Part shown: in pieces, positions 32,469 through 43,637 of the stretch
Layout of the letters: every line of letters begins with the position of its first letter
Position numbering within the stretch: position 1 is the stretch's first letter
Assembly: GCA_025936995.1 (NCBI GenBank)
Contig: JAICSH010000006.1
Span: 6,575 to 70,574 of the forward strand
Direction of reading: 5' to 3'
Length of the DNA: 64,000 bases
Source of the DNA: Thermoleophilia bacterium
GTDB lineage: Bacteria; Actinomycetota; Thermoleophilia; Gaiellales; Gaiellaceae
Translations under genes and position numbers: made by a program
The notes under the pieces: generated by a model
What the model was told of the DNA's origin: nothing
Database searches by the model: none
Seen by the model: only the letters and a program-made list of their open reading frames with translations

Positions 32469-33452
32469 CTAGGACGCGATGATGAACACCGGCGTCCCGA
32501 TCTGCACGCGGTTGAAGAGCCACTCCGCGGAGGGCACCTGCATGCGGATGCAGCCGTGCGACTCCGAGTGGCCGATCGACCACGGCTCGTCGGTGCCGTG
32601 GATTCCGACGCCCGGCGCGCTCAGCCCCATCCAGCGCGTGCCGAGCGGGTTGCCCGGCCCGGGTGGGACCGGCTTGGCGCCGGCCGCCCACGAGTCCTGG
32701 GTCGGCGGGTACCACCACGGGTTCACCTGCTTGACGACGATCTCGAAGTGGCCGAGCGGCGTCGGCCATGCAGCCTGGCCGGTGGCCACCGGGAACACGC
32801 GGACGAACCGGCTACCGCTGTAGAGATAGAGGCGGTTCGAGCCGCGGTGGATCACGATCACCGGCTCGGGCTTCGAGGCCGAGCTCGTGAGCGTCTTCGA
32901 GGGCGCGGCGATGGTCGTGCGTGTGCCGTCGAGGATCGCGTGCCGGATCAGCATGCGCGTCGGGAACCTCCGGAGCGCGCGCCCCGGGTGGGAGTGGGTG
33001 AAGAACGGCCGGCTGTTGCGGAGGAGCAGCGTTCCCGCGACCGCCGGCCGGTCCGTCTTCGCCGCCAGGGTCTTGACCCACTTCGCGATCAGCTCGGAGT
33101 CGAGCGTCGGAGTGAGCGCGAGGACCGTGTCCGGCAGAGCGGTGAGCGCCGTCTGGATCGCGGCGGCGAGATCGAGATCGGTGTGGAAGTGATGCGGCGA
33201 GACCGAGTAGTTGCGGTGCCCGACGTGGACGACCACGGGCGCGAAATATGCCGCCTGGACCGCCGCCGTCGCCTGGTCGGAGTTCATCCCGCCGACGGCG
33301 ACCGGACCGATCTGGACGCCGTCCGCGATCACCGTCGGCGCCGGCGTGCCGTCGGCGCGGGCGTGGCTCGCCCCGACGCCGAGGGCGCAGACGACGAGAC
33401 AGAGGATGAAGCCGGCGCGCTTGGCCACGGATCGCCTTGATTCTAGCTTCAC
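32469..33452 (-). CDS. L,D-transpeptidase (YkuD domain)
   Basis: YkuD active site IHGT...SHGCIRM and an N-terminal signal/anchor. GTG 33452 lies 9 nt after GGAGG. Confidence 0.85.
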   Translation of the reverse strand: MKLESRRSVAKRAGFILCLVVCALGVGASHARADGTPAPTVIADGVQIGPVAVGGMNSDQATAAVQAAYFAPVVVHVGHRNYSVSPHHFHTDLDLAAAIQTALTALPDTVLALTPTLDSELIAKWVKTLAAKTDRPAVAGTLLLRNSRPFFTHSHPGRALRRFPTRMLIRHAILDGTRTTIAAPSKTLTSSASKPEPVIVIHRGSNRLYLYSGSRFVRVFPVATGQAAWPTPLGHFEIVVKQVNPWWYPPTQDSWAAGAKPVPPGPGNPLGTRWMGLSAPGVGIHGTDEPWSIGHSESHGCIRMQVPSAEWLFNRVQIGTPVFIIAS

Positions 33453-33468
33453 GCCGTAAAGCCTCCGC

Positions 33469-36216
33469 TCACCTCCGGCGGATGACGACCACGGCCAGGT
33501 CGTCGGAGAGGTCGCCCCCGGCGAAGTCGCGCGCATCCTCCGCGACCGCCTCGGCGAGTGTGCGCGCCGGCAGATCGCGCCGGTCGGCGAGCAGCGCGTC
33601 GAGCCGCTCCTCCCCGTAGAGCTCGCCGTCGCGCCGCGCCTCGATCACGCCGTCGGTGTAGAGGACGAGCGAGGCGCCGGGCGGCAGCTCGGTGCGCGCC
33701 TCCGCGTACTCCTGACCTCCGTCGATCCCGAGCACGAGGCCGTGCGCCTCGAGCGGGCGAGTCGACCCGTCGGACAGGACGATCCGCGGCGGGGGATGGC
33801 CGGCGCTCGCGCTCGCGACGCCGCCCCCGGCGCCGTCGACGACGACGTAGCTCATGCTGATGAACTTGCCCGGGCCGATCTCGCTGCAGATCACGTCGTT
33901 CGCGGAGGCGAGGAAGTCCGCCGGTTCCGAATGCTCGCGGGCGAGCGAGCGGAACACGAACTTCGCCATCGCCATGTCCGCCGTCGCGTCGACACCATGC
34001 CCGGTCACGTCCCCGAGCACCACCGCGAGGCGGCCGTCGTCGAGCGCGAGGAAGTCGTAGAGGTCCCCGCCGACCTCCACCCGCGCCGACGGTTCGTACA
34101 CCTCCCCCACCTCGAGGCCGGCGATCACCGGCCGGGAACGCGGGAGGAGCGAGCGCTGCATCGTGTCGGCGAACTGCTTCTGCTGCTGGTAGAGGCGCGC
34201 GTTGTCGATCGCGAGAGCCGCCTGCGCCGCGAGCGCCGCCGCCGCGTCGACCGTCTCCTCCGACAGCGGGTCCCCCGGCCGGAAGGAATAGACGCCGAGC
34301 GTGCCGATGACCTCCGTCGGCAGGGCCACGGGGACGATCGACGCCGTCCAGCCCTTCTCGAGGAAGGGCACGAGCGCGGGCAGGTAATGCCCGCCGCGGG
34401 AGCGGCCGGGCCTGAGCCGGAAGCTGCGCCGGTCCCGGAAGAGCCGCTGGACGTTGCGCTGGCCGAACGGCACAGGCAGGGTGAGGATCGTGCGGACCGC
34501 CGCTGCGAACGGCGCGTCCCGGACGTGGATCGCCTGCGGCACGAGCTGCTCGCGCCGTTCGTCCGGCATCCGTACCACGGCCGCGTCGACGTCGAGGACG
34601 TCGACGACGGTGCGTGCGAGCGCCGCGAGCGTCTCGTCGAGGGAAAGGCTCTGCGCGAAGGAACGGGAGACCTCGTACAGCGCGCGGAGCCGCCGTGCGG
34701 CCGCCCGCTCGGCGGCGAGGGCGGCCTCGCGCTCCTCGCCGAGCCGCGTCGCCTGCTCGTGGAGTTGCGCGTTCTGAACGGCGACCGCCAGCTGTCCGGC
34801 AAGCGCCGCCAGGAGCGCCGTCTCGTGCTCGCCTGGCTGCGGTCTGCCGGCGGGGAACGCGGCAAGCAGCCCGACCACCTCTCCGCGGGCGACGAGCGGA
34901 ACGGCGAGCGCCGAGCCGATACCGGTCTCCCGGGCGGCTGCCGCGGCCGCTGCGAGCCGCGGGTCGCGCACGATGTCCGCGACCTCGAGAACCGCGCGGT
35001 GTCGCGAAGGCCTCAACGCCACGTCGAGCAGCCTGTCCGCCACGCGCGCGTGCGGGCCCGCGAGGCCGCGGCTCGTCGCCTCTTCCAGCTCGCCCTCGCC
35101 GGCGCCGCGCAGGTAGACGGCCACCCGTTCCACCCCGAGGAGCTCGGCGACGCGTTCGACGGCGGTCTCGAGCGTGTGGGAGACGGAGAGCTCCGCGGTC
35201 GCCTGGGCGATCACCTCGAGCAGCGCCCGTGTCCGCTCGAGCTCGAGTGCGAGCAGCCGCGTGCGCTCGCCGGTGCGAAGCGCGTGCGCGGCGCGGACAC
35301 CGAATGTGGCAAGCCGCGTCAGCTGCTCCTCGTCCGGCTCCTCCCCGGGCGGATGGAACAGCTGGAGGACGCCAACCGGAGGCCTGCCGAGCGCCAGCGT
35401 GGTCGAGACGCCCCGATCCTCCACGAGCCCCGCGGATTGGGCGCGAACCGGCCCCGGCTCGGCGAGTGCGCGCTCGGCGGCCTCGCGCGCCGCGTCGAGA
35501 TCGTCTCCCTCGTCGACGCACCACGAGGCGCCGGGAACAAGGCCCTCCTCGCGGCTCTCCCAGAGGACGGCCGCGGACGCGCCGGCGACGCCGGCGGCGA
35601 GCCGGACGATCTCCGGCGCAGCGTCCTGCTCGTGCAACGCGCCCGCGAGCGCTTCTCCTGCGAGCTCGAGTGCCGGCCGCGCGAGGGAGGCGGCGCCCTC
35701 GCCGGCGGCGAAGCCGCGTAGGACGATCGCCGCGAGGGCGGCGCACAGCTCGGCAGCGAGCCGATGCTCGGCGCCGAACGGCTCTCCCGCGCGGAACAGC
35801 TCGAGCGAGACCGCGCAGCCGTTCGCGCGTGCCGGTACGAGGAGCAGCTGCTCGGCGCCGACGCGTTCCGCGATGCGACGGACCGCGGCCGGAGCCGTCG
35901 CAAGACCGTCGAGCGGCGTATCGGGAAGCTCCGTGGCCGGCAGCACCGTTCCTTCGAGCTCGGCGGAGACCGTCTGCATCGCCGCGACCGCCACCGCCTC
36001 GAGCCGTTCGCCGCCCTCGTCGAGCGCGCGGAGGAGCGCGACGTCGGCTCCCGAGACGGCCCGCGCCGCGTCCGCCAGCGCGCGAAGCGCGTCCGCCGCG
36101 GTCGTGGCGACCGCCGCAGCTGCCGCCGCGTGCACGAGCGCAGCGAGTGACGGGGCCGAAACGCGAACGTCGTTCGAGTCTTCAGCCGAGGAGTCCAGAT
36201 CGAGCAGGCTGCTCAT
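33469..36216 (-). CDS. Multi-GAF domain PP2C-type (SpoIIE) serine phosphatase
   Basis: The C-terminal PP2C/SpoIIE motifs are GGDLYDF, GDVTGHG and YTDGVIEA. The upstream approximately 650 aa have repeated GAF-like segments. The start is set at ATG 36216, because the longer tracked ORF (to 37551) overlaps two other genes. Confidence 0.85.
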   Translation of the reverse strand: MSSLLDLDSSAEDSNDVRVSAPSLAALVHAAAAAAVATTAADALRALADAARAVSGADVALLRALDEGGERLEAVAVAAMQTVSAELEGTVLPATELPDTPLDGLATAPAAVRRIAERVGAEQLLLVPARANGCAVSLELFRAGEPFGAEHRLAAELCAALAAIVLRGFAAGEGAASLARPALELAGEALAGALHEQDAAPEIVRLAAGVAGASAAVLWESREEGLVPGASWCVDEGDDLDAAREAAERALAEPGPVRAQSAGLVEDRGVSTTLALGRPPVGVLQLFHPPGEEPDEEQLTRLATFGVRAAHALRTGERTRLLALELERTRALLEVIAQATAELSVSHTLETAVERVAELLGVERVAVYLRGAGEGELEEATSRGLAGPHARVADRLLDVALRPSRHRAVLEVADIVRDPRLAAAAAAARETGIGSALAVPLVARGEVVGLLAAFPAGRPQPGEHETALLAALAGQLAVAVQNAQLHEQATRLGEEREAALAAERAAARRLRALYEVSRSFAQSLSLDETLAALARTVVDVLDVDAAVVRMPDERREQLVPQAIHVRDAPFAAAVRTILTLPVPFGQRNVQRLFRDRRSFRLRPGRSRGGHYLPALVPFLEKGWTASIVPVALPTEVIGTLGVYSFRPGDPLSEETVDAAAALAAQAALAIDNARLYQQQKQFADTMQRSLLPRSRPVIAGLEVGEVYEPSARVEVGGDLYDFLALDDGRLAVVLGDVTGHGVDATADMAMAKFVFRSLAREHSEPADFLASANDVICSEIGPGKFISMSYVVVDGAGGGVASASAGHPPPRIVLSDGSTRPLEAHGLVLGIDGGQEYAEARTELPPGASLVLYTDGVIEARRDGELYGEERLDALLADRRDLPARTLAEAVAEDARDFAGGDLSDDLAVVVIRRR

Positions 36217-36259
36217 CCCCGAAAGTATTCCGGGCGGGTCCCGCCGGCGACGAGCGGCT

Positions 36260-36502
36260 TCAGGCGACGATGCGATTCGCGCGCGGCAAGCGGCTCTCCC
36301 AGATCGTGCCGGCGCACATGGGGCACTGCGGCAGCTCGCGCTGCACGACGGCCCCGTAGCCGCAATCGGCGCACCGGAACTCGCCCGAGACGCGCGTGCC
36401 TGCGAGGACGAAGTCGGCGAAACCGGTGTCGTCCAGCTCCACCGCCGTCGGAGAACCGGACCCTTGTGTGGACTCCTCGACCTGAACCCCCACCTGCGCC
36501 AC
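36260..36502 (-). CDS. Small zinc-ribbon protein (CxxC...CxxC)
   Basis: FRCADCGYGAVVQRELPQCPMCAG. The gene lies 43 nt upstream of the phosphatase gene. Confidence 0.55.
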   Translation of the reverse strand: MAQVGVQVEESTQGSGSPTAVELDDTGFADFVLAGTRVSGEFRCADCGYGAVVQRELPQCPMCAGTIWESRLPRANRIVA

Positions 36503-36558
36503 CGCCTCTTCGTCCTCGGATAGACGCGCCCAGAGCGCGCCCGGTGCAATTTTTTGCC

Positions 36559-36564
36559 CATACT
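36559..36564 (+). promoter_or_regulatory. -10-like hexamer CATACT, 6 nt upstream of GTG 36571 (putative leaderless promoter)
   Basis: It is preceded by the T-run AATTTTTTG and lies in a divergent intergenic region. Confidence 0.3.
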
Positions 36565-36570
36565 GCGCCT

Positions 36571-37056
36571 GTGCAAACTCCCGAGCCAGCCCGTCCGTTC
36601 CGGATCCGGCCGGAGCGGCGCCAGCCGCGGCCGGAGCGCGCCACGCCGCTCGTGGGCAGCTGGGGAGTGCGGATCGCGTGGGTCTCGGGGCTCGTCCTCG
36701 CGGTCTCCTCGTTCACGGACTGGTACGCGGGGACGCTGCAGAACGGGTTGACCCTGTCGGTGACCGGCTGGCACTCCGGTGCGCTGGGCAAGCTCGTGTT
36801 CTTCGTCGGGCTCGCGACCCTGATCCTCGAGGCCGCCAGGGAAGCCGGGATCCTGCTGCCCGCCGCCGTGCCGGACCGGCTGCTGCTGATCGCGCTGGGC
36901 TCTCTCGCCGTGATCTTCGTCCTCATCCGGCTGATCTCCGTGCCGGACGTGTACTTCGTCTCGACCGCACGCGGGATCGGCCTCTACGTCAGCCTCCTCG
37001 CGGCGCTCGGGCTCCTGGGCGCGGGCCTTCTGCGGACGGCGGAAGACCTCCCCTAG
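36571..37056 (+). CDS. Hypothetical integral membrane protein
   Basis: Four hydrophobic segments follow a basic N-terminus. The start is uncertain (the tracked ORF begins at 36466). Confidence 0.55.
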   Translation: MQTPEPARPFRIRPERRQPRPERATPLVGSWGVRIAWVSGLVLAVSSFTDWYAGTLQNGLTLSVTGWHSGALGKLVFFVGLATLILEAAREAGILLPAAVPDRLLLIALGSLAVIFVLIRLISVPDVYFVSTARGIGLYVSLLAALGLLGAGLLRTAEDLP

Positions 37057-37074
37057 GCTCGTCCCGAAGTCGGA

Positions 37075-38319
37075 GTGACGACGGCGCCGGAACCGGGGGG
37101 CGCGCCGGGTGCCCTGAGCAGTCTGCGGGCGAACCGCAACTTCAGACTGCTGTGGATCGGCCAGGTGCTGTCCGACCTCGGCACGCAGATCGGGACGCTC
37201 GCCTATCCGCTCCTCGTCCTCGCCCTCACGCATTCGGCCGTGATCGCCGGCGCCGTCGGGACGGCCGCGAGCGCGGCGGCCTTCGCGGTGCGGCTGCCCG
37301 CGGGGGCGCTGGCCGATCGGCTCGACCGCCGCCGGACGATGATCCTCTGCGACGGCGCGCGAGCGGTCGCGCTCGCGGCGCTCGCCGTGCTCGTGGCGAC
37401 GGACTCCGTGGCGTGGCCGGTCGTGATGGTGGTGGCGATTGTCGACCGCGCGGGAGACACGCTCTTCACGCCGGCCTCGATGGCCGCGCTGCCGCTGATC
37501 GTCGCCGACGAGCAGCTGGAGTCGGCGTGGGCCGTGTCCGAGGGCAGGCAATACGGGGCCAACCTCGTCGGGCCTCCGCTCGGCGGCTTTCTCTACGGAC
37601 TGGGGCGCGCGCTGCCCTTCGCCGCGGACGCGGTCTCCTACGGCGTCTCCGTCTTCACCTCGCGCGGACTGCGAGGCTCGTTCGCCTCGTCGGCCGACGG
37701 CGCCTCACGACGTGGCCTGTGGGCCGAAGCGTCCGACGGGCTGAAGCACCTCTGGCGCGACTCACTTCTCCGCGCGGTTCTCATCCAGGCGCCGCTCATC
37801 AACTTCGCGTTCAACGGGACGCTGTTCACCGTCATTCTCGGCCTGCGCCGGAACGGCGTCTCCGCGACCGCGATCGGCGGCGTCGAAGCGGTGATCATGA
37901 TCGGCGGCATCGTCGGCGCCGTCGCGGCCCCCCAGATCGGGCGGCGGCTGTCGCTGCGGCAGTCGATCCTGCTCCTCACTGTCACCGGCGCGCTCCTCAT
38001 GCTGGTCGCGGCCGTAGTCATCCCGTCGCCGGCCGTCGCCGCGCCGCTCGCGATCCCGTTCATCCTCGCGCCGGCGACGAACGCGGCGCTCTTCGCAATG
38101 ATGCTCCGCCGGACACCGCCGGAACTGCACGGCCGCGTCAACAACGGGCTGCTCCAGGTCGCGGTGGCGCTCGCCGCGCTCGCCCCGCTGGCGAGCGGCC
38201 TCGTGATCGGCGCGGCGTCGGCCCGCTGGGCGATGGTGCTGTTCGCAGCCGCGCTCGCCGCGGTGATCCCGATCGCGATCCTGCAGCCGCTGCCGCGAAC
38301 TTCCGAGGGCGCCGGCTAG
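37075..38319 (+). CDS. MFS transporter (MFS_3/EntS-like)
   Basis: FRLLWIGQVLSDLGTQ and GALADRLDRRR motifs with about 12 TM segments. Confidence 0.85.
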   Translation: MTTAPEPGGAPGALSSLRANRNFRLLWIGQVLSDLGTQIGTLAYPLLVLALTHSAVIAGAVGTAASAAAFAVRLPAGALADRLDRRRTMILCDGARAVALAALAVLVATDSVAWPVVMVVAIVDRAGDTLFTPASMAALPLIVADEQLESAWAVSEGRQYGANLVGPPLGGFLYGLGRALPFAADAVSYGVSVFTSRGLRGSFASSADGASRRGLWAEASDGLKHLWRDSLLRAVLIQAPLINFAFNGTLFTVILGLRRNGVSATAIGGVEAVIMIGGIVGAVAAPQIGRRLSLRQSILLLTVTGALLMLVAAVVIPSPAVAAPLAIPFILAPATNAALFAMMLRRTPPELHGRVNNGLLQVAVALAALAPLASGLVIGAASARWAMVLFAAALAAVIPIAILQPLPRTSEGAG

Positions 38320-38894
38320 ACGGGAACGATCGCCTTCGTCTGCTCGACGAGCTCCCCGAGGTCGAAGGGCTTCCCGACGAACCCGCGCGCGCCCCTCGAG
38401 GCCGCCTGCCGCCTCGCTGCCTCGTCCACCTGGCCGCTGAACATCAGGACGGGGATCGCGCCGGCGCCGTGCCGCTCCTGCACCCGACGCAACATCTCCC
38501 AGCCGTCGACGTGGGGCATCATCACGTCGAGGAGGATCAGCTCGGGCTTCCGCGCCTCGATCGCGGCAAGCCCCTCGTCGGCGCTCGCGGCCTCCTGCAC
38601 GTCGTAGCCCTCTCGCTCGAGCTCGTTCCGGACGAGCTCCCGCATCCGTTCGTCGTCGTCGACGAGAAGCACGGACGGTCCGGGCTGCTGACGGCCGGGG
38701 CCGGAGCGGGCGAGGAACGACTCGAGGTCGCCGCGTCGGAAACGACGGTGGCCGCCCGGCGTGTAGAAGGCAGGGACGCGGCCCTGGTCCGACCACTTGC
38801 GGATCGTGCTCTGTGCGACGCCGAGGAACCGCGCGGCTTGACCGAGGGTGAGCCACTCCGCTTCGCGGCGTCCGCCCTCGTCTCTGTACCCCAT
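38316..38894 (-). CDS. Response regulator with an N-terminal MerR/excisionase-type HTH and a C-terminal receiver domain
   Basis: The HTH is LTLGQAARFLGVAQSTIRKWSDQGRVPAFYTPGGHRRF, followed by the receiver VLLVDDDE...LILLDVMMPHVDG...KPF. The start is ATG 38894 or GTG 38921. Confidence 0.8.
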   Translation of the reverse strand: MGYRDEGGRREAEWLTLGQAARFLGVAQSTIRKWSDQGRVPAFYTPGGHRRFRRGDLESFLARSGPGRQQPGPSVLLVDDDERMRELVRNELEREGYDVQEAASADEGLAAIEARKPELILLDVMMPHVDGWEMLRRVQERHGAGAIPVLMFSGQVDEAARRQAASRGARGFVGKPFDLGELVEQTKAIVPV

Positions 38895-38932
38895 GTGTGA
38901 GAACTTGTCCAAAACTCCCACTTATTACACCT

Positions 38933-38956
38933 GGATGTGTGTCTAGGCGCACATCC
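38933..38956. other. Inverted repeat GGATGTG-N10-CACATCC between the DUF501 operon end and the HTH-REC gene
   Basis: 7-nt arms (9 with one mismatch). It could be a terminator hairpin for the upstream operon or an operator for the HTH-REC gene. Confidence 0.35.
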
Positions 38957-39268
38957 TCATGGTTCGTAATCGATAGCCCCTCGCTGGTACGCGTCGAATG
39001 CCGCGGCGAGGACGACCGTGAGATCGCGGGGCCAGCCGGGCTCCGGCGCGCTTTCCTCGACCGCCTCGCGCGCCCAATGCTCGGACTCGCCGTACGCCGC
39101 GACGAGCTCCTGCAGCGTGAACGTCTGGCCGACCCGCTTGCGGAGCTCGTCGCGCACGAGCTCGAGGAGCTCGAGCAGCTGCCGGTAGCGCCGTGGCTCG
39201 TCGCGTGCAGCCTCGATCCGGTGGCTCGCCTCTTCCCACTCCTGGCGGGCGACCTCGACCTGGCTCAC
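38957..39268 (-). CDS. Small hypothetical protein translationally coupled to the DUF501 gene
   Basis: GTG 39268 forms a GTGA overlap with the DUF501 stop. The sequence is helical and acidic (..EWEEASHRIEAARDEPRRYRQLLELLELVRDEL..). Confidence 0.5.
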   Translation of the reverse strand: MSQVEVARQEWEEASHRIEAARDEPRRYRQLLELLELVRDELRKRVGQTFTLQELVAAYGESEHWAREAVEESAPEPGWPRDLTVVLAAAFDAYQRGAIDYEP

Positions 39269-39777
39269 CTGGAGCAGCACCGGTCCGGCCAGCGCGGCTC
39301 GACCTCCGCGAGGATCCGCTCCCCGAGCTCGTAGCCCGGACGCGCCAAGGCGAACGCGGCGTGCGCGTGCAGGCACTTGAGGCTGCCACTGCGACGCGAG
39401 CCGCCGATCCCGTAGTCGAGCGACGCGCCGCCGTCGGTGCCGGTCGCGCCGTCGGCGAGCTCCCGCCGCAAGCGTCGCTGGTCCTCGTCGGCGGCCGCGA
39501 GGCTCGCGGCGAGCGCCGGCTCGGTGCGCGTGCGCTCGCTCCAGCGCTCGACTCCTCCGGCAGCCTCGAGCCGCGACACGGCGATTACGAAGTGCCGGCA
39601 CGTGAGGTAGTACGTCGTCGGGAAGGGCTCGCCGTCCTGCCCGTACGGGCTCTGCTCGGTGACCGCCGGCGCACCGAACGGACAGCGGACCGCGACGCGG
39701 CGGAGCGTGCGCGGCTCCCGGCCGAGCTGACGCTCTACGACCGCCCGATCAGCGTCTGTGACCACGCGAGGCAGCAT
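39265..39777 (-). CDS. DUF501-domain protein
   Basis: RCPFGAP....PFPTTYYLTC and CLHAH motifs. It occupies the conserved position after ftsB. Confidence 0.8.
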   Translation of the reverse strand: MLPRVVTDADRAVVERQLGREPRTLRRVAVRCPFGAPAVTEQSPYGQDGEPFPTTYYLTCRHFVIAVSRLEAAGGVERWSERTRTEPALAASLAAADEDQRRLRRELADGATGTDGGASLDYGIGGSRRSGSLKCLHAHAAFALARPGYELGERILAEVEPRWPDRCCSR

Positions 39778-40093
39778 GATGCCTGCGCCGCCACTGCGGG
39801 ATGTCCTTGACGAGGAAGAGATGCTCGCCAGGCCGGACGTAGCCGAGCGTCCGCGCCTCGCGCGCGAGCACCACGAGCGACGAGGCCCGCCGCAGCCGCC
39901 GCTTCAGCGTCGCCCGCTCCTTCTGCAGCTTCTGCACGGCCGCGACCCTGACCGCCTGCTGCGAGCGCGCGTCGAGATAGTCGTGCAGCGGGCGGTAGTA
40001 GAGAAGCCCGACGAGGAGCAACGCTCCTACCGCGAGCCAGCGCCGCGTGATCGGTCCACCGGGACGCCGACGGCGTGTCTGCACCGCAGCCAT
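39749..40093 (-). CDS. ftsB: Septum formation initiator FtsB/DivIC-family protein
   Basis: Basic N-terminus, one TM segment and a coiled coil (VQKLQKERATLKRRL). Its position relative to eno and DUF501 is conserved. Confidence 0.75.
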   Translation of the reverse strand: MAAVQTRRRRPGGPITRRWLAVGALLLVGLLYYRPLHDYLDARSQQAVRVAAVQKLQKERATLKRRLRRASSLVVLAREARTLGYVRPGEHLFLVKDIPQWRRRHHAASRGHRR

Positions 40094-40135
40094 TCAGCCC
40101 GAGTTCTCCGGCCGGCGCCGCGGTCCTCCGATGGG

Positions 40136-41548
40136 CTACTCGACGACGTCGACCTTGATCACGTTCGTCGTGCCCGGGATGTTCACGGCCGTCCCCGCCG
40201 TGATCACGACGCCGTCCCCGCTCTCGACGATCCCGGCGTCGCGCGCCGCCTCGACTGCGAGCCGCCACAGCTCCTCGACGTCGCTCGTCTCCGAGATCAG
40301 GAGCGGCGTCACGCCCCACTCCAGCGCGAGCTGGCGCATCGCCCAGTCGACGTGGGTCAGGCCGACGATGGGCCTCCGCGGGCGGAGCCGCGCGACCGCG
40401 TTCGCCGTCCTTCCGGTGAACGTCGGGACGAGGATCGCCTTCGACTGCAGCGATTCCGCGAGGTCGCAGGCGGCGTTCGACATCGCCTGGCCGATCGTCG
40501 GGTTCTCAGTCGCCTCCGGCAGCTCGTGCCGGTAGTCGAGGCTCGGCTCGACCGCCCGTGCGATGCGATCCATGTACGCGACCGCCTCGACCGGATACTC
40601 GCCGACCGCCGTCTCGCCGGAGAGCATCACGGCGGAGGTGCCGTCGAGGATGGCGTTCGCGACGTCGCTCGCCTCCGCCCGTGTCGGCTCGGGCGAGTGC
40701 ACCATCGTCTCCAGCATCTGCGTCGCCGTGATCACCGGCTTCCCGCGTTCGAGCGCCTTGTGGATGATCCGCTTCTGGACGAGCGGCACGAGGGCAGGCC
40801 CGATCTCGACCCCGAGGTCGCCGCGCGCGACCATCACCGCGTCCGTCTCTGCGAGCACCTCGTCGAGGACGTCGACGGCCTCCGACTTCTCGATCTTCGC
40901 GATCACGTGCGCATGCGAGTCGGCCTGCTCGAGCAGCGCGCGCAGGTCGCGCACGTCCGCCGGCGAGCGGATGAAGGAGAGCGCGACGAAGTCCACGCCG
41001 GTCTCGAGCGCCCAGTCGAGGTCGGCGACGTCCTTCCGCGTCAGGGAGGGAATCGGCACCGGAACGCCGGGGAGGTTGACGCCCTTGTGGGAGCTGACGA
41101 TCCCGCCCACGACGACCGCGCACGTTGCGCGGCCTCTCTCGACGTCGTCGACGCGGAGCCGTACGAGGCCGTCGTCGATCAGCACCTCGTGACCGGGCTC
41201 GAGCACGTCTCCGATCACGCCGGGCGCGATCGGAAGCTCGCCGTCGGTCGCCGCCTCCTCCGCGCAGACCTTGATGTGCTCGCCGGTGTGGAGGACGACC
41301 GGCTCCGGCAGCTCGCCGATCCGGAGCTTCGGCCCCTGCAGGTCGGCGATGAGCGCCACGGGACGGCCGACCTCCGCGGCGATCTCGCGCACGAGCCACG
41401 CTCGCTGGGAGTGGTCGTCGTGCGTGCCGTGCGACAGGTTGAAGCGAACCGCGTCGACGCCCGCCACGATCAGTGCGCGCAGGCGCTCGCGCGAGTCGGA
41501 CGCCGGCCCGAGGGTCGCCACGATCTTCGTCCGGCGGTCGATCGCCAT
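40136..41548 (-). CDS. pyk: Pyruvate kinase
   Basis: MAIDRRTKIVATLGPAS..., NLSHG and MVARGDLGVEI are unmistakable. Confidence 0.95.
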   Translation of the reverse strand: MAIDRRTKIVATLGPASDSRERLRALIVAGVDAVRFNLSHGTHDDHSQRAWLVREIAAEVGRPVALIADLQGPKLRIGELPEPVVLHTGEHIKVCAEEAATDGELPIAPGVIGDVLEPGHEVLIDDGLVRLRVDDVERGRATCAVVVGGIVSSHKGVNLPGVPVPIPSLTRKDVADLDWALETGVDFVALSFIRSPADVRDLRALLEQADSHAHVIAKIEKSEAVDVLDEVLAETDAVMVARGDLGVEIGPALVPLVQKRIIHKALERGKPVITATQMLETMVHSPEPTRAEASDVANAILDGTSAVMLSGETAVGEYPVEAVAYMDRIARAVEPSLDYRHELPEATENPTIGQAMSNAACDLAESLQSKAILVPTFTGRTANAVARLRPRRPIVGLTHVDWAMRQLALEWGVTPLLISETSDVEELWRLAVEAARDAGIVESGDGVVITAGTAVNIPGTTNVIKVDVVE

Positions 41549-41561
41549 ACGACTCAGAGTA

Positions 41562-43637
<2,076 letters not shown>

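Noticed and set aside
33469-37551. The 1360-aa tracked ORF as a single giant GAF-PP2C protein.
   Set aside because: Upstream of Met at 36216 the frame becomes Arg/Pro-rich. It also overlaps two better-supported genes, the Zn-ribbon protein gene on the same strand and the membrane-protein and MFS genes on the opposite strand. The start was therefore moved to ATG 36216.
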